Source: Actinomycetes bacterium (GTDB lineage: Bacteria > Actinomycetota > Acidimicrobiia > Acidimicrobiales > JAJZXF01). From it: a stretch of DNA of 64,000 nucleotides. The translations under genes and the position numbers were made by a program. The notes beneath the pieces are model-generated. The model worked only from the letters and a program-made list of their open reading frames with translations, was not told the origin of the DNA and searched no databases. Positions 48,375-58,282 of the stretch are shown piece by piece; position 1 is the stretch's first letter; every line of letters starts with the position of its first letter. The stretch is taken from NCBI GenBank assembly GCA_021791755.1, contig JAJYWA010000001.1, positions 5,416-69,415 on the forward strand, given 5' to 3'.

Positions 48375-50036
48375 TCAAGCCTCTTGCGGCAGATGCCTTG
48401 AAGCCAAGACCGGGGCCGACCTACCCGTACGATCCGCACCCGAGGACAGCTTCGGCATCCCAGCGATGCCCTCCTCCCCGTCGTCGGGACCTTGCCGGCA
48501 ACTGGCACCGGAGGACTCCTCGTGGTACTCGTCCTCCACGTTGACAGACCAGACGTCGTGGTGCGCACCGTAGATGTTCTCCACACTGAGCATCGCGGTG
48601 CACATAGAATGATCCTGGTTGTTGTACTTGTGCATGCCGTTCCTGCCGACCGGGTGCACATTGGGAGCGTTCTCCTCGAGCCACTTGCGTAGCACTGCGA
48701 CGTGCTCGCGGTAGCTGGCATCGTAGACAGGATACGCCTTCGGCATTCGCACGACGTACCCAGCCTCCACCATCCCAGCGCTCACCAAGCCGAGCACCTC
48801 GAGCTCCCGAGAAGCAAACGCGACCAGGCTGGCGTCGTCCATGCTCCACAGCTCGTCGCCTTCGAAGACGAAGTACTCGAGCCCCAAGCAGGTGCGACCG
48901 TCCTGGACCATGTACGGAGACCATGAGCCGAAGTTCTGGATCCTGCCTACCCGCACCCCAGGTGAATGAACATAGATCCAGTTGTCACGAAAGACACCAG
49001 CAGCTGGGACCACCAGGGAAACAGTTAGGAAGTCTCTATGACGAAGGCCTTCCGCTGCATCGAGGACCTCTGCTGGCGGAGGAGGTTCCATGCACTTCAC
49101 CAGCGAGCCAAGAGGCATCGAGGACACCACATGGGTTGCAGGCCACGCCTTCTCAGCTTCGCCCACACGCGCAGTGACGCTCACCGCCAAACCGCGCTCG
49201 TGGCAGATCCTGACAACGGGAGCGCTCATGACCACCTCGATCCCCATCTGCTCGACAAGCAGCCGAGCTCTCTCCCACATCATCCCCGGACCATACTTCG
49301 GGTAGCGAAACTCCTCGATGAGGCTGGTGATCTCCTCCCGGCCCCGTCCAGGTAGCACTGCGCGCGCCACGGCCTTACCAAGGGTGAGGCTCTTGATGCG
49401 TTGAGCCGCCCAGTCAGCCTGGATCTCGGTCGCAGGGGCACCCCAGACCTTTTCTGTGTAGGTCTTGAAAAACTTGCGATAGAGCCTCCAACCAAAGCGC
49501 GAGGCTGTCCAACCCTCGAAGCTCTGCGTGTCCGCAGGGGGACGGACGCGTACAGACATGTAGGAGAGAACACACAGGAACGTCTCTATCAGCCCCAATC
49601 CCTTCAACGCATTGAGCGGGCGCAACGGGTAGTCGAAGAACTTTCCGTCGTAATATATCCGGCTCAACCGCGGGCGCCTGAGGAAGTCTCCGTCAGGCAG
49701 GATCTCGGACCAGAGCGCCTCGACCGAGGGCACTTTGGTAAAGAACCGATGACCGCCGATGTCAAACCTCCAGCCGTCCCTTTCGACCGTGCGGCTGATG
49801 CCTCCAACCACGGAGTCGGCCTCGAGAACAACGCAGCTGTCTCCCCTCTCGTCTCTCTCGGCCATCTTCCCCAACTGGTAGGCGGCGGTGAGACCGGCCG
49901 GCCCGGCGCCGATGACCACAACTGCTACCGGCGGTCGCTCTGATATCGGAGGACCGCCGCTTCGAGCACAGCCGACCCAGCCATGAGAGCTCGCCTCGAC
50001 ATGCGCGGCGCGCTCAGACGGCATCCGATACCTCAT
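48375..50036 (-). CDS. FAD-dependent oxidoreductase (amine-oxidase/UDP-galactopyranose-mutase-like fold)
   Basis: Dinucleotide-binding 'VVVIGAGPAGLTAAYQL...VLEADSVVGGISRT' and 'FDIGGHRFF'. It sits in a glycan-cluster context. Confidence 0.78.
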   Translation of the reverse strand: MRYRMPSERAAHVEASSHGWVGCARSGGPPISERPPVAVVVIGAGPAGLTAAYQLGKMAERDERGDSCVVLEADSVVGGISRTVERDGWRFDIGGHRFFTKVPSVEALWSEILPDGDFLRRPRLSRIYYDGKFFDYPLRPLNALKGLGLIETFLCVLSYMSVRVRPPADTQSFEGWTASRFGWRLYRKFFKTYTEKVWGAPATEIQADWAAQRIKSLTLGKAVARAVLPGRGREEITSLIEEFRYPKYGPGMMWERARLLVEQMGIEVVMSAPVVRICHERGLAVSVTARVGEAEKAWPATHVVSSMPLGSLVKCMEPPPPAEVLDAAEGLRHRDFLTVSLVVPAAGVFRDNWIYVHSPGVRVGRIQNFGSWSPYMVQDGRTCLGLEYFVFEGDELWSMDDASLVAFASRELEVLGLVSAGMVEAGYVVRMPKAYPVYDASYREHVAVLRKWLEENAPNVHPVGRNGMHKYNNQDHSMCTAMLSVENIYGAHHDVWSVNVEDEYHEESSGASCRQGPDDGEEGIAGMPKLSSGADRTGRSAPVLASRHLPQEA

Positions 50037-50379
50037 ACCATACGAGCGCTGGTTTTGCGCTCAGACCGTTGCAATCGAGCGCTCCTCCACGCCCTCGCAG
50101 TCTCGCATGCCCGTTGCAACCCAACCGTTACCACACCACGAGCTGCCAGCCACGGGCGCATGCTACCAGAAAAGGCCCACGCCTCAGAGCAGGATGAAGC
50201 CACAGCGCCAGCACACGATCGAGCTACCCATGGCACATTTCCGTACGCGGGCTGCAAGCGACTATGGTATGAAGTGGTGACCGGCCACAGACCACGCAGA
50301 GCCGGCGCAGTCGCAGGATTCCGAAGCGGACTCCAGCAAGGAAGATAACGTGCGTGGAGTCTAAGGAGCAATACAAGTT

Positions 50380-50583
50380 ATGCCAGTGGGCACGGTCAAA
50401 TGGTTCAATGCCACCAAGGGTTTCGGTTTCATTACCCCCGACGAGGGCGGCGACGATCTCTTCGTTCACCAGTCAGAGATCCAAACCTCGGGGTACCGAG
50501 ACCTCGCTGAGGGCCAGCGAGTCGAGTTTGAGGTCACTCAGGGTCGCAAGGGAAAGCAGGCCAGCTCGGTCAAGCCAGCCTGA
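50380..50583 (+). CDS. cspA: cold-shock protein (CspA family)
   Basis: 67 aa. '[18 protein letters not shown]' (RNP1) and 'DLFVHQSEI' (RNP2). Confidence 0.95.
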   Translation: MPVGTVKWFNATKGFGFITPDEGGDDLFVHQSEIQTSGYRDLAEGQRVEFEVTQGRKGKQASSVKPA

Positions 50584-50640
50584 CGCGCTGTGGGCGGCCG
50601 GTAGGCGACACGCCACGGCCAACGAATCCTACCACCGTAT

Positions 50641-50672
50641 CGCTCCACTGGACCGTTCCAGTGGAGCGTTTC
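50641..50672 (+). terminator. hairpin downstream of cspA (candidate intrinsic terminator)
   Basis: An 11-bp perfect stem, 'cgctccactgg' (50641-50651) with 'ccagtggagcg' (50658-50668), has a 6-nt loop and is followed by 'ttt'. The U-tract is short. Confidence 0.45.
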
Positions 50673-50839
50673 GGATCCAGGACCCAGGTTCCAGCATGGG
50701 TCCTGCGGAGCTGACCATACTGATCGACGATCAGCCAAGCATCACCGCTTGGGTTCAGCGCCTGACACGTCATGTGACCCAACGACGCGCTTGGACAGCC
50801 AGCTCGCCAGCCCCTGGTGAGACGTGAAGACGTCTGTCG

Positions 50840-50912
50840 CACCCCCAACGGGATTCGAACCCGTGCTACCACCTTGAAAGGGTGGCGTCCTAGGCCACTA
50901 GACGATGGGGGC
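50840..50912 (-). tRNA. tRNA-Glu (anticodon UUC)
   Basis: Hand-folded. Acceptor GCCCCCA/TGGGGGT (G1-U72 wobble), anticodon stem CCACC/GGTGG with loop CTTTCAA, and T arm ACGGG-TTCGAAT-CCCGT. 73 nt; CCA is not encoded. Confidence 0.88.
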
Positions 50913-51060
50913 ATGTCCGGCAAAGCATGTCAGCACGCGAGCGCTACAGGCTCATCGCGCCCTGAGAATGGGCACAGAGCAACCTTACAGAGTTACAGAG
51001 TAAAGGTTGAAAGAGCCCGCCGATGGCCCTCGCTGATAGTACATGACGACGAAACATCGA

Positions 51061-52650
51061 TCACTTGTCCGGCGGAGCCACGTTCTGGTCCTGGCCCTGG
51101 CTGCGCTCGCTCCACACAGTAATGAGGTCAGCCCACGTCTCGATACCAGGAAGCTCCCACGTCGCACCCGTAGACGCATCATGCACGCGTATTCCAAGAG
51201 AGGCAAGGATTTCGCGCGTAGCGTCAGCTTCCTTCCAGCGTCTCTCCGCCCGGGCCAGCTCGCGCAAGCCAAGCACCTCCTCGACCACCGGCGCCAACAC
51301 CTTCCTGGGGTCATCAAGGACACGCGCGGCAAGCACTGCAAGCTCATTGATCATGTACCTGAGGCCGGTCCGTGATCGGTCTCGCTCGTCTGACTGGGTT
51401 GTATCAGCTGACCAGGCTTCGAGATCCTCTTCGAGCTCGCAGATGATGCGCGCAGCGCCACCGATATTGCGAGCCTTGACAGCCTCACGAAATCGTTCTT
51501 CGTGCTCATTAACCATCTTCAGCAGCGGCGACAGCCCGGGCTGTAGCGACACAGCGTCCTCGCTCTCGCTCCCGCTCGCGAGTTGGCCGCTCACCACCTT
51601 CGCGAGTGCAGATCCATGTGATCCATCCGTCTTGCCGGAGCTATTCACGACTGGTCCGTGCATCTCCGCGCCATAGACCACAGAGCTTGTGGCAGGAGCG
51701 CTTGAAGCAACAGAGCCGCGACTGCTCAGCTCGGAGCCGATCGCGGCTAGCTCGGCCGTGGTGATGCTGGTCCCACCCGGGATCACCACGGCTGATCCAC
51801 CTGCTCGGACCGTAAGCACCCCCAGGCCTGACACGGTGACCATACCACGAGCCAGATCGATTACGCAGGCAGTATGCTCATCGACACCCAGCACAAAAAC
51901 ATTCTCGGGCAACTGGCTTTCCATTGTGCGAAGCCGCTCTTCTCCGAGGTAGCAATAGCGGGTATCGTGGGTTCCCCCTTCAGCGTTGTTGAAATGGGGT
52001 ATCACGGCTGCAGGCAGACCAGCGAGGTTCAACAAGTCCAGTCCATCGAGCCAGTGCGGCTCCTCCCCAACCTTGTATATCTCATACACCGGCACCGTAC
52101 GGACTCCGAGGGTCAACGCCGCAGCGCTTGCAAAGACCACGGCCCCCCCAGACAGCAACTTCTCCGCGAGAAGCTTTGGCACCAGTGTCTTTCGCCAGTT
52201 CCGCAGCGCGTACGATGGGCTGCCGGGTCCAGCAAAAACGTAACTCGCCGAGATGATCGCGGCGTGCACACGATCCAGTTGCGCTCTGTCAAGACCATCA
52301 GCGGACTCGAGGTGGCTTACATCCACCGCCACGCCGACGCTGTCACGAAAGTACTTGACTGCCCGAGCGGCGATCTCAGCCGCATTGGTCTGGAACCCGA
52401 AGGGTGTGTCGATCAACACCGCAGGCACGGCGCCCGTTCCCAAACGGGCGAGCACATCCCTGTGGACATTCACCATGGTCGGACTTGTCTCCCCTGACCC
52501 CATGATCACGAGGAGCCGTTCCGCGTTGAGATCGTCCTCACCAGATCGGCCCGCGCCCTTGCTTGTCGGAGAGGTTCCGCCAGCAATCAAAGTAGCAGGC
52601 CCGGGCCTGCTGTGGGCCCCCGGGGCCCACGAGTCGATCGGGGATTTCAC
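51061..52650 (-). CDS. peptidase S51/cyanophycinase-like (class I glutamine amidotransferase-like fold) protein with a CysRS-C-terminal-like helical domain
   Basis: N-terminal half: 'LLVIMGSGETSP...VLIDTPFGFQ...YVFAGPGSPSYAL...GGAVVFASAAAL'. C-terminal end: 'ARAERRWKEADATREILASLGIRVHDASTGATWEL'. GTGA overlap with the upstream gene at 52647-52650. The assignment is tentative. Confidence 0.55.
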   Translation of the reverse strand: MKSPIDSWAPGAHSRPGPATLIAGGTSPTSKGAGRSGEDDLNAERLLVIMGSGETSPTMVNVHRDVLARLGTGAVPAVLIDTPFGFQTNAAEIAARAVKYFRDSVGVAVDVSHLESADGLDRAQLDRVHAAIISASYVFAGPGSPSYALRNWRKTLVPKLLAEKLLSGGAVVFASAAALTLGVRTVPVYEIYKVGEEPHWLDGLDLLNLAGLPAAVIPHFNNAEGGTHDTRYCYLGEERLRTMESQLPENVFVLGVDEHTACVIDLARGMVTVSGLGVLTVRAGGSAVVIPGGTSITTAELAAIGSELSSRGSVASSAPATSSVVYGAEMHGPVVNSSGKTDGSHGSALAKVVSGQLASGSESEDAVSLQPGLSPLLKMVNEHEERFREAVKARNIGGAARIICELEEDLEAWSADTTQSDERDRSRTGLRYMINELAVLAARVLDDPRKVLAPVVEEVLGLRELARAERRWKEADATREILASLGIRVHDASTGATWELPGIETWADLITVWSERSQGQDQNVAPPDK

Positions 52651-53174
52651 GTAGAGGTGTCCGTCGATGGCGGAAGAGAGGCAGACATTGCATCGACAAC
52701 CTGCCCTTCGAGCCAGCTTAGATACGTGTACGCACCTACTGTGCTCGAACTGAAGCCGCCTTCGGTCTCGAGATCATCTAGGTTCTCTGACACATCGAGG
52801 TGGGTGCCTATCACCAGACGGAGCGAGTTCAGTGCCGCAAGAAACGCCGCCATCTCCTCGTCGTCCACCTCGGGAGAGTGCGTCACATGATCAACGGCGT
52901 TCAGCGCCCGAGCTCGCTGCGCGACCAGGTCTCCGCGCACCAAGTCTTGGTAGCTCCGCTCTGCGTCTTCATCATCAACATAGGCAGGAGGGAATAGCCT
53001 CCGCATGCTTGGATCGGCATACGGCTCCTCTGAGCCCAAGATCGTTGCAAGATGCGTCGACAAGACCATCAGCAGCAGGCGCTCTGCTGCCGGGAGTCGA
53101 ACACGGTACTTTCCGCCAGGCAGCCGGCGCACTCTACGACTGCGCTTCAATCCGACCTCTCCATGGTCGCCCAC
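52647..53174 (-). CDS. DUF2017 domain protein (ClpS-associated, actinobacterial)
   Basis: '[21 protein letters not shown]' and '[22 protein letters not shown]...[15 protein letters not shown]' match the DUF2017 pattern as recalled. It follows clpS immediately. Confidence 0.6.
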   Translation of the reverse strand: MGDHGEVGLKRSRRVRRLPGGKYRVRLPAAERLLLMVLSTHLATILGSEEPYADPSMRRLFPPAYVDDEDAERSYQDLVRGDLVAQRARALNAVDHVTHSPEVDDEEMAAFLAALNSLRLVIGTHLDVSENLDDLETEGGFSSSTVGAYTYLSWLEGQVVDAMSASLPPSTDTST

Positions 53175-53455
53175 AGACCGTGCGCGTGAAGGCGAAATAC
53201 GTCCATCTCGGCGCGCTCTCTCGTTCCAGTTGCGACCGCTGCTCGTCCCTTATGGTGCACGTCGAGCATCAGGCGAGTGGCCTTTTCCCTGCTGTAGCCG
53301 AAGAGCTTCTGGAAAACGTACGTTACGTAGGTCATGAGGTTGATCGGGTCATTCCAGACGATCACAACCCACGGCTTGCCCAGTTCAGTCTCCTTGACGG
53401 AGAAGACCCCCTGAGAGGCATCAGGGCGCGTCGATACGCTCGATGTAGACGTCAT
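53147..53455 (-). CDS. clpS: ATP-dependent Clp protease adaptor ClpS
   Basis: '[47 protein letters not shown]'. Confidence 0.9.
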   Translation of the reverse strand: MTSTSSVSTRPDASQGVFSVKETELGKPWVVIVWNDPINLMTYVTYVFQKLFGYSREKATRLMLDVHHKGRAAVATGTRERAEMDVFRLHAHGLWATMERSD

Positions 53456-53841
53456 CTAACCATGCGGTGAGACGCACGTCTCGAGCACTCGAATGACCGC
53501 AAGGCAATGCGTGAACTGGACCGCTCCGGCGCCTGTTCCGGAGTACGTACCCGGCCCGTGCGCGATCCCGTACAGGCCAGCGAGGACTCAAGAGACAGCT
53601 CTAAGACGTTCACAGACGACAATCCCATGACATTCCTTATGTTAGAGCACGTGGCACAACATCTCTCGCGCTCGGTTCTCTGACTGAGCATGCGTTCCGC
53701 GCGGACAGGGGCAGCTGTGGCGAAGGCCGGCCATGGCCAACGCGACGTTCGACCTCCTTGGCGCGAGGAGCCACTTTCTCACACGGGCGCCGCTCGGCGA
53801 GCACTCATTGATTGCAACGTCCTCGAAGTGGCGGTGATGCC

Positions 53842-55125
53842 TCAACGAACGCTGGCCAGAGCGAGAGTCCTACTGGTGGGCGTCGTCGTCTGGTCGTTCG
53901 CGTCGCTCTGGTAAGTGATCGTGCCGACCGCGACGCAACTCACGTCGACTGCGCAGACAATCCCCTCGAGCACATTGTCCCAGCAGCTCGCAGCGCCACA
54001 TCCGAGGAAATAAGGGTCTCCGAGCGAGCGACTACCTCCCGCTTCAGGAGCTGGCTCCAACGACCAGCGCCTCTCAGCGAATCGAAGGAGCAGGCTCTGG
54101 CGAATGCCAGACTGATCTCTATAGGTCCCAGCTGCAACGCAGGCGCCGCTGGAGACACAGCTGACTGCGACCAGATCGTCACTGCCCGATCCGCGAGCAG
54201 GATCAGGTGTACGCGCCACACGCCACGAGGTCCCGTCGTAAATCACCGCGAGGGTACGGTCTGGCCCCGAAGATCGCTGGGGCTCCGATCCAACGGCGGC
54301 ACACCGCGTTGGCGTTGCACAGGAGATGCTCATGAGCCCACTCTGATCACCCCGGGGCAGTTTGGGCATGCGCATCGCCGCCAATCGCCCGCCGTCGAAG
54401 GAGAAGGCCGCCATGACCTCGCGATCCGAACGGGGCGCAGCTGACATGCCGACTGCGATGCAGAACGTGGCGCCAGGACAGCTCACCCCAGACAGCAAGG
54501 TACTTTGTCCGGCAGCCGTGGGCAGGGGCTCAGCGATTGGATCCAGAGCCGTCCCGTCGAAATGGTAGACGAGCACATGATCGGGGTGCGCGTAACTGAG
54601 CGAGTTAGGGCCATAAGGACCGTAACCGACCATCCAACAGTCGGAGGCGCTCAGGCACGACACGCTCGTGAGTCGACCCCGAATCCCCGCAGACCCTGGC
54701 ACGCTGGCGAGAACCGATCCCGCGATTCGCACCACACCGGCGCCTCCTACGGCAAGACACGCTTCCACGCCAGGGCACGACACCGCGTCGAGCCCCCCTA
54801 CAGCGTCTGACACCACAACGGTTCTCCAGCTGCCTCCCGTCCACCTGAGCACGAGCGGGTGGTGAAAGCCAGCGCCGGTGCTTGCCCAATAGCCGACGGC
54901 AACACAGTCGCGCCGCAATGCGCACGACACCGACGACAGCCCGTCTGCCTCCATGCCGCTGGATCCCAAGTCTCTGGCCGGAAGCGGGCTCGGGGTCGAT
55001 AACAGTGCCCAGGAACGCGTCAGTGATCTGGATTGCTGGGAAACGAACCCACAACCAAGAAGACTGGCTCCGGCAAGAATTGTGGCAATACCGGCAACGC
55101 TCGCCAGGCGGCCAGAGAGCCGCAA
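53842..55125 (-). CDS. lipoprotein with about 7 tandem '[LI]xx[VI]SCx4-5CxAVG' repeats (putative beta-propeller)
   Basis: Start set at TTG 55125, which gives the signal peptide 'RLSGRLASVAGIATILAGASLLGC' with a lipobox; the longest ORF reaches 55278. Repeats include 'LSSVSCALRRDCVAVG', 'LDAVSCPGVEACLAVG', 'LTSVSCLSASDCWMVG', 'LSGVSCPGATFCIAVG', 'LMSISCATPTRCAAVG', 'LVAVSCVSSGACVAAG' and 'VCAVDVSCVAVG'. Confidence 0.65.
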   Translation of the reverse strand: MRLSGRLASVAGIATILAGASLLGCGFVSQQSRSLTRSWALLSTPSPLPARDLGSSGMEADGLSSVSCALRRDCVAVGYWASTGAGFHHPLVLRWTGGSWRTVVVSDAVGGLDAVSCPGVEACLAVGGAGVVRIAGSVLASVPGSAGIRGRLTSVSCLSASDCWMVGYGPYGPNSLSYAHPDHVLVYHFDGTALDPIAEPLPTAAGQSTLLSGVSCPGATFCIAVGMSAAPRSDREVMAAFSFDGGRLAAMRMPKLPRGDQSGLMSISCATPTRCAAVGSEPQRSSGPDRTLAVIYDGTSWRVARTPDPARGSGSDDLVAVSCVSSGACVAAGTYRDQSGIRQSLLLRFAERRWSLEPAPEAGGSRSLGDPYFLGCGAASCWDNVLEGIVCAVDVSCVAVGTITYQSDANDQTTTPTSRTLALASVR

Positions 55126-55508
55126 ACACGAACGGCAAGCTACTTCCGTCCGTCGTTCACGTAGCAACCAGCAGCGCGCGGGCCTACAGGTCACCTTGCA
55201 CATCGCCGACCACCAGCGCGCCCAGGGGAGCTGTGAGATCGGCTCGTCAGGCATGTCCAATGCGTCCGGGACCTCCACGACGCGCCATACCTATATAGTA
55301 CTCCTGGCCTTCGTTGCGCTCACCCACCAGGTCAATCCTCGACTAGACACCGGCTTCAGATCTTCTGACAGGCAAATGCGACACACCTGTGACCGGATCA
55401 CGAAAACGCCGAGTCCACCAGCCCGCAACCGTTCCAATCAGAGATCCAATGGGAGAAGAGTTGTCAACTCGCTTTGTATAGGTTCGGCCGTGGACCTATC
55501 GTCAGTAC

Positions 55509-56441
55509 GTGGCTCTTGCCGGCTCCCGCTCCAACAGCGCCTTCCTCGCGTATGGCGCCACTGCTCGCAAGTGGACGTCGCGCGTCGCGGACTACGTGGC
55601 TCTCACGAAGCCTCGCATCATCGAGCTCCTACTCATCACGACGCTACCCGCAATGCTTCTTGCAAGGCGTAGTGTGCCGTCGGGCTGGTTGGTGCTCTCG
55701 ACGCTCGCAGGGGGCGCACTCGCTGCAGCAGGCGCAAATGCCGCGAACATGTTCGTTGATCGCGATATCGACAAGCTCATGGAGAGGACTAGGCGACGGC
55801 CTCTCGCAGCAGGAACCGTGGCGCCAGGCGCAGCGATCGCACTGGCCGTGCTCCTCGAAGTCGCCGCGGTGGCGGTCCTCTGGATCGCGGCGAACCTTCT
55901 CAGTGCCGCGATAGCGCTCGCTGCGGCACTTTTCTACGTGTTCGTCTACACGGCCTGGTTGAAACGATCATCTGCTCAGAACATAGTCATCGGAGGTGCT
56001 GCAGGAGCAGCGCCCGCCCTCGTGGGCTGGGTTGCAGTTACCGGCAAGGTGGCCTGGGCGCCTGCGATAATGTGCGTCATTGTCTTCCTGTGGACACCAC
56101 CGCATTTCTGGTCTCTAGCAGTCCGCTACAAGGACGACTACCACGCTGCCGGCGTGCCGATGCTGCCAGCAGTCGCGTCTCTGAAGAAGACAGGGCAGGA
56201 GATCGTACTGTACTCGGCGTTGACGTGCATCACGTCACTCGCCCTAGCGCCGGTTGCCAATATGGGCCCCATCTACGTGATCGCCGCGGTGCTCCTTGGT
56301 GGAGTCCTGATGGCTTGCTCTTTGAACTTCGCCCGCAACCACTCAGCGAAGTCGGCCATGCACCTGTTCCACTGGTCGATCATCTACCTAACCCTGCTCT
56401 TCCTGGCCATAGCCGTGGACGCCGTCGTACGGTTCCGGTGA
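55509..56441 (+). CDS. ctaB: protoheme IX farnesyltransferase (heme O synthase)
   Basis: 'YVALTKPRIIELLLITT', 'NMFVDRDIDKLMERTRRRPL' and 'WTPPHFWSLA'. Confidence 0.9.
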   Translation: MALAGSRSNSAFLAYGATARKWTSRVADYVALTKPRIIELLLITTLPAMLLARRSVPSGWLVLSTLAGGALAAAGANAANMFVDRDIDKLMERTRRRPLAAGTVAPGAAIALAVLLEVAAVAVLWIAANLLSAAIALAAALFYVFVYTAWLKRSSAQNIVIGGAAGAAPALVGWVAVTGKVAWAPAIMCVIVFLWTPPHFWSLAVRYKDDYHAAGVPMLPAVASLKKTGQEIVLYSALTCITSLALAPVANMGPIYVIAAVLLGGVLMACSLNFARNHSAKSAMHLFHWSIIYLTLLFLAIAVDAVVRFR

Positions 56442-56560
56442 GCTCAGGTACCCGGTGAGCCCAGGTCATGCTCTGATCCGGCGGGTGATGAAGTCACCTG
56501 GGTGAAGACGTTTCAGGAACAGCTGCACAGGAACAGCTGCAGGCTTCCCGCGTAACGGAA

Positions 56561-57208
56561 ATGGAGACCAAAGCCAAGACCAAGGCGCTTAGAGCTGTCC
56601 GTCGGGAGAGTAGAGCTGTCCGTCGGGAGAGTAGTCGCCGGGACAAGCGTTCTCACTGGTGGTCGAACGGCTACGCTCAGGCACTCCTCGCACTGGCTGT
56701 CGCGACTGTGGCCGTCATTGCCATTGCGCTTGCTTCTCCAGCGTCGCACATAGAAGGCGAGGCCGCCCCTCCCTTCAAGCTCCCCTCGCTCACGAACCCA
56801 AGCCTTACGGTCGCGTTTACTGCGCATGAACACGAGCCCGTAGTGCTGACTTTCTTCGCGTCATGGTGTGGACCCTGCCGAAAGGAGCTGCCCGTACTGG
56901 CACGGGTTGCCAACGAGGTGGCCGGATCGGCTGCCGGAAGCGCCCGTTTCATCGGAGTCGACGTAGAAGACTCCCGGACCGGCGGCGAGCAGCTGGTGAG
57001 CACCACCGGCGTTGCGTACCCCGTCGGATCAGATCCGAGCGGGAGAGTCGCGGACGGCCTTTACCATCTCGTGGGTCTACCTGCCACGATCTTCATCAGC
57101 GCCGATGGGCGCATCGTCGACGTGCATCGGGGAGCAATCAGCCAAGCCACAGCGCTGTCCTGGATCAAGAGAGCATCGCAGACAGCTCGGAGCGTACCGA
57201 CAGGCTGA
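56561..57208 (+). CDS. TlpA/ResA-like membrane-anchored thiol:disulfide oxidoreductase
   Basis: 'VLTFFASWCGPCRKELPVL' (the CxxC motif) and an N-terminal TM anchor. The N-terminus contains a perfect 21-bp tandem duplication (56591-56632, 'RAVRRES' x2). Confidence 0.8.
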   Translation: METKAKTKALRAVRRESRAVRRESSRRDKRSHWWSNGYAQALLALAVATVAVIAIALASPASHIEGEAAPPFKLPSLTNPSLTVAFTAHEHEPVVLTFFASWCGPCRKELPVLARVANEVAGSAAGSARFIGVDVEDSRTGGEQLVSTTGVAYPVGSDPSGRVADGLYHLVGLPATIFISADGRIVDVHRGAISQATALSWIKRASQTARSVPTG

Positions 57209-57307
57209 GCCGATGTGCAACCGTTCGACCAGTTCAAAGGCCAGTTCCAGCAGATTGCGTCTCTGGCCGCTGGCGTTCGGAGCAAAGGCCTTCTAGCATC
57301 CGATGAC

Positions 57308-58243
57308 ATGTCTGAACGCACGAGAGATATGCCGCGCCGGTCTTGCTTGTCGGTCCCAGGATCAAGCAAGCGTTTTCTCGACAAGGCGCCGACGATACCC
57401 GCCGACATGACCTTCCTGGATCTCGAAGACTCGGTTGCTCCGCTCGAGAAGGAGGCGGCGCGATCAAAGGTCGTCGACGCGATCAAGTCACTGGCTTGGG
57501 ACGACCGGGTGATGTGCGTGCGAGTGAACGCTTGGGACACGAAGTGGACCTATGGCGATGTGATCGAGGTCGTCAGCGGATCGGGCGAGCGCCTGGACGA
57601 GATCATGCTTCCCAAGGTGTCCTCGGCCTTCGAGATACAGGCTCTGGACCTCCTGCTTTCCCAGATCGAAGCCAATTGCGGGCTGCCACCGGGACACATC
57701 GGCATAGAAGCGCAAATAGAGACAACGCAGGGACTGATAAACGTTGAGGAGATCTGCGCGGCATCGTCGCGGCTCGAGACGATCGTCTTCGGTCCCGCTG
57801 ATTTTGCGGCCTCTATGGAGATGCCGATCTTGACCGGGGGTGTTCAGATACCCGAGTACCCAGGCGATCATTTCCACTACGTCTTCTCCAAGATCCTCAT
57901 GGCGGGTCGCGCCAACGGCTTGCAGGTGATCGACGGACCGTTCCTCAAGATACGCGAGCTCGACGCTCTCAGGGACTACTGCAACAGGACCCGCACTCTT
58001 GGCTACGACGGAAAGTGGGCCCTGCATCCAGACCAGGTGACCGTCGTGAACGAGGTCTACTCGCCTACGCAAGAGCAGTTCGACAAGGCCTGCGCAATCC
58101 TGGATGCGTACCGGCAGGCCACCGAGGAGGACCGCACCGGGGCCGTCATGTTCGGTGACGAGATGATCGACGAGGCAAGCCGCAAGATGGCTACCAAGTT
58201 CATAGCCAGGGGCGAGAGAGCAGGGCTGTCCCGCACTTCCTGA
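57308..58243 (+). CDS. HpcH/HpaI aldolase / citrate lyase beta-subunit-like (CitE) acyl-CoA lyase
   Basis: 'RRSCLSVPGSSKRFLDKA', 'FLDLEDSVAP' and 'DGKWALHPDQV'. Start uncertain (ATG 57308 or 57329). Confidence 0.85.
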   Translation: MSERTRDMPRRSCLSVPGSSKRFLDKAPTIPADMTFLDLEDSVAPLEKEAARSKVVDAIKSLAWDDRVMCVRVNAWDTKWTYGDVIEVVSGSGERLDEIMLPKVSSAFEIQALDLLLSQIEANCGLPPGHIGIEAQIETTQGLINVEEICAASSRLETIVFGPADFAASMEMPILTGGVQIPEYPGDHFHYVFSKILMAGRANGLQVIDGPFLKIRELDALRDYCNRTRTLGYDGKWALHPDQVTVVNEVYSPTQEQFDKACAILDAYRQATEEDRTGAVMFGDEMIDEASRKMATKFIARGERAGLSRTS

Positions 58244-58282
58244 ACGCCAGGTCCGAGTCAGAAGCTGGCTGCGTCCTCCAAG

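Noticed and set aside
53456-53841. 386-bp gap between clpS and the repeat lipoprotein gene, examined as a possible ncRNA or small gene (ORFs 53452..53691 and 53642..53845)
   Set aside because: No recognisable RNA family signature (tmRNA, RNase P, SRP, 6S or a riboswitch core) and no convincing coding signal. It is left unannotated.
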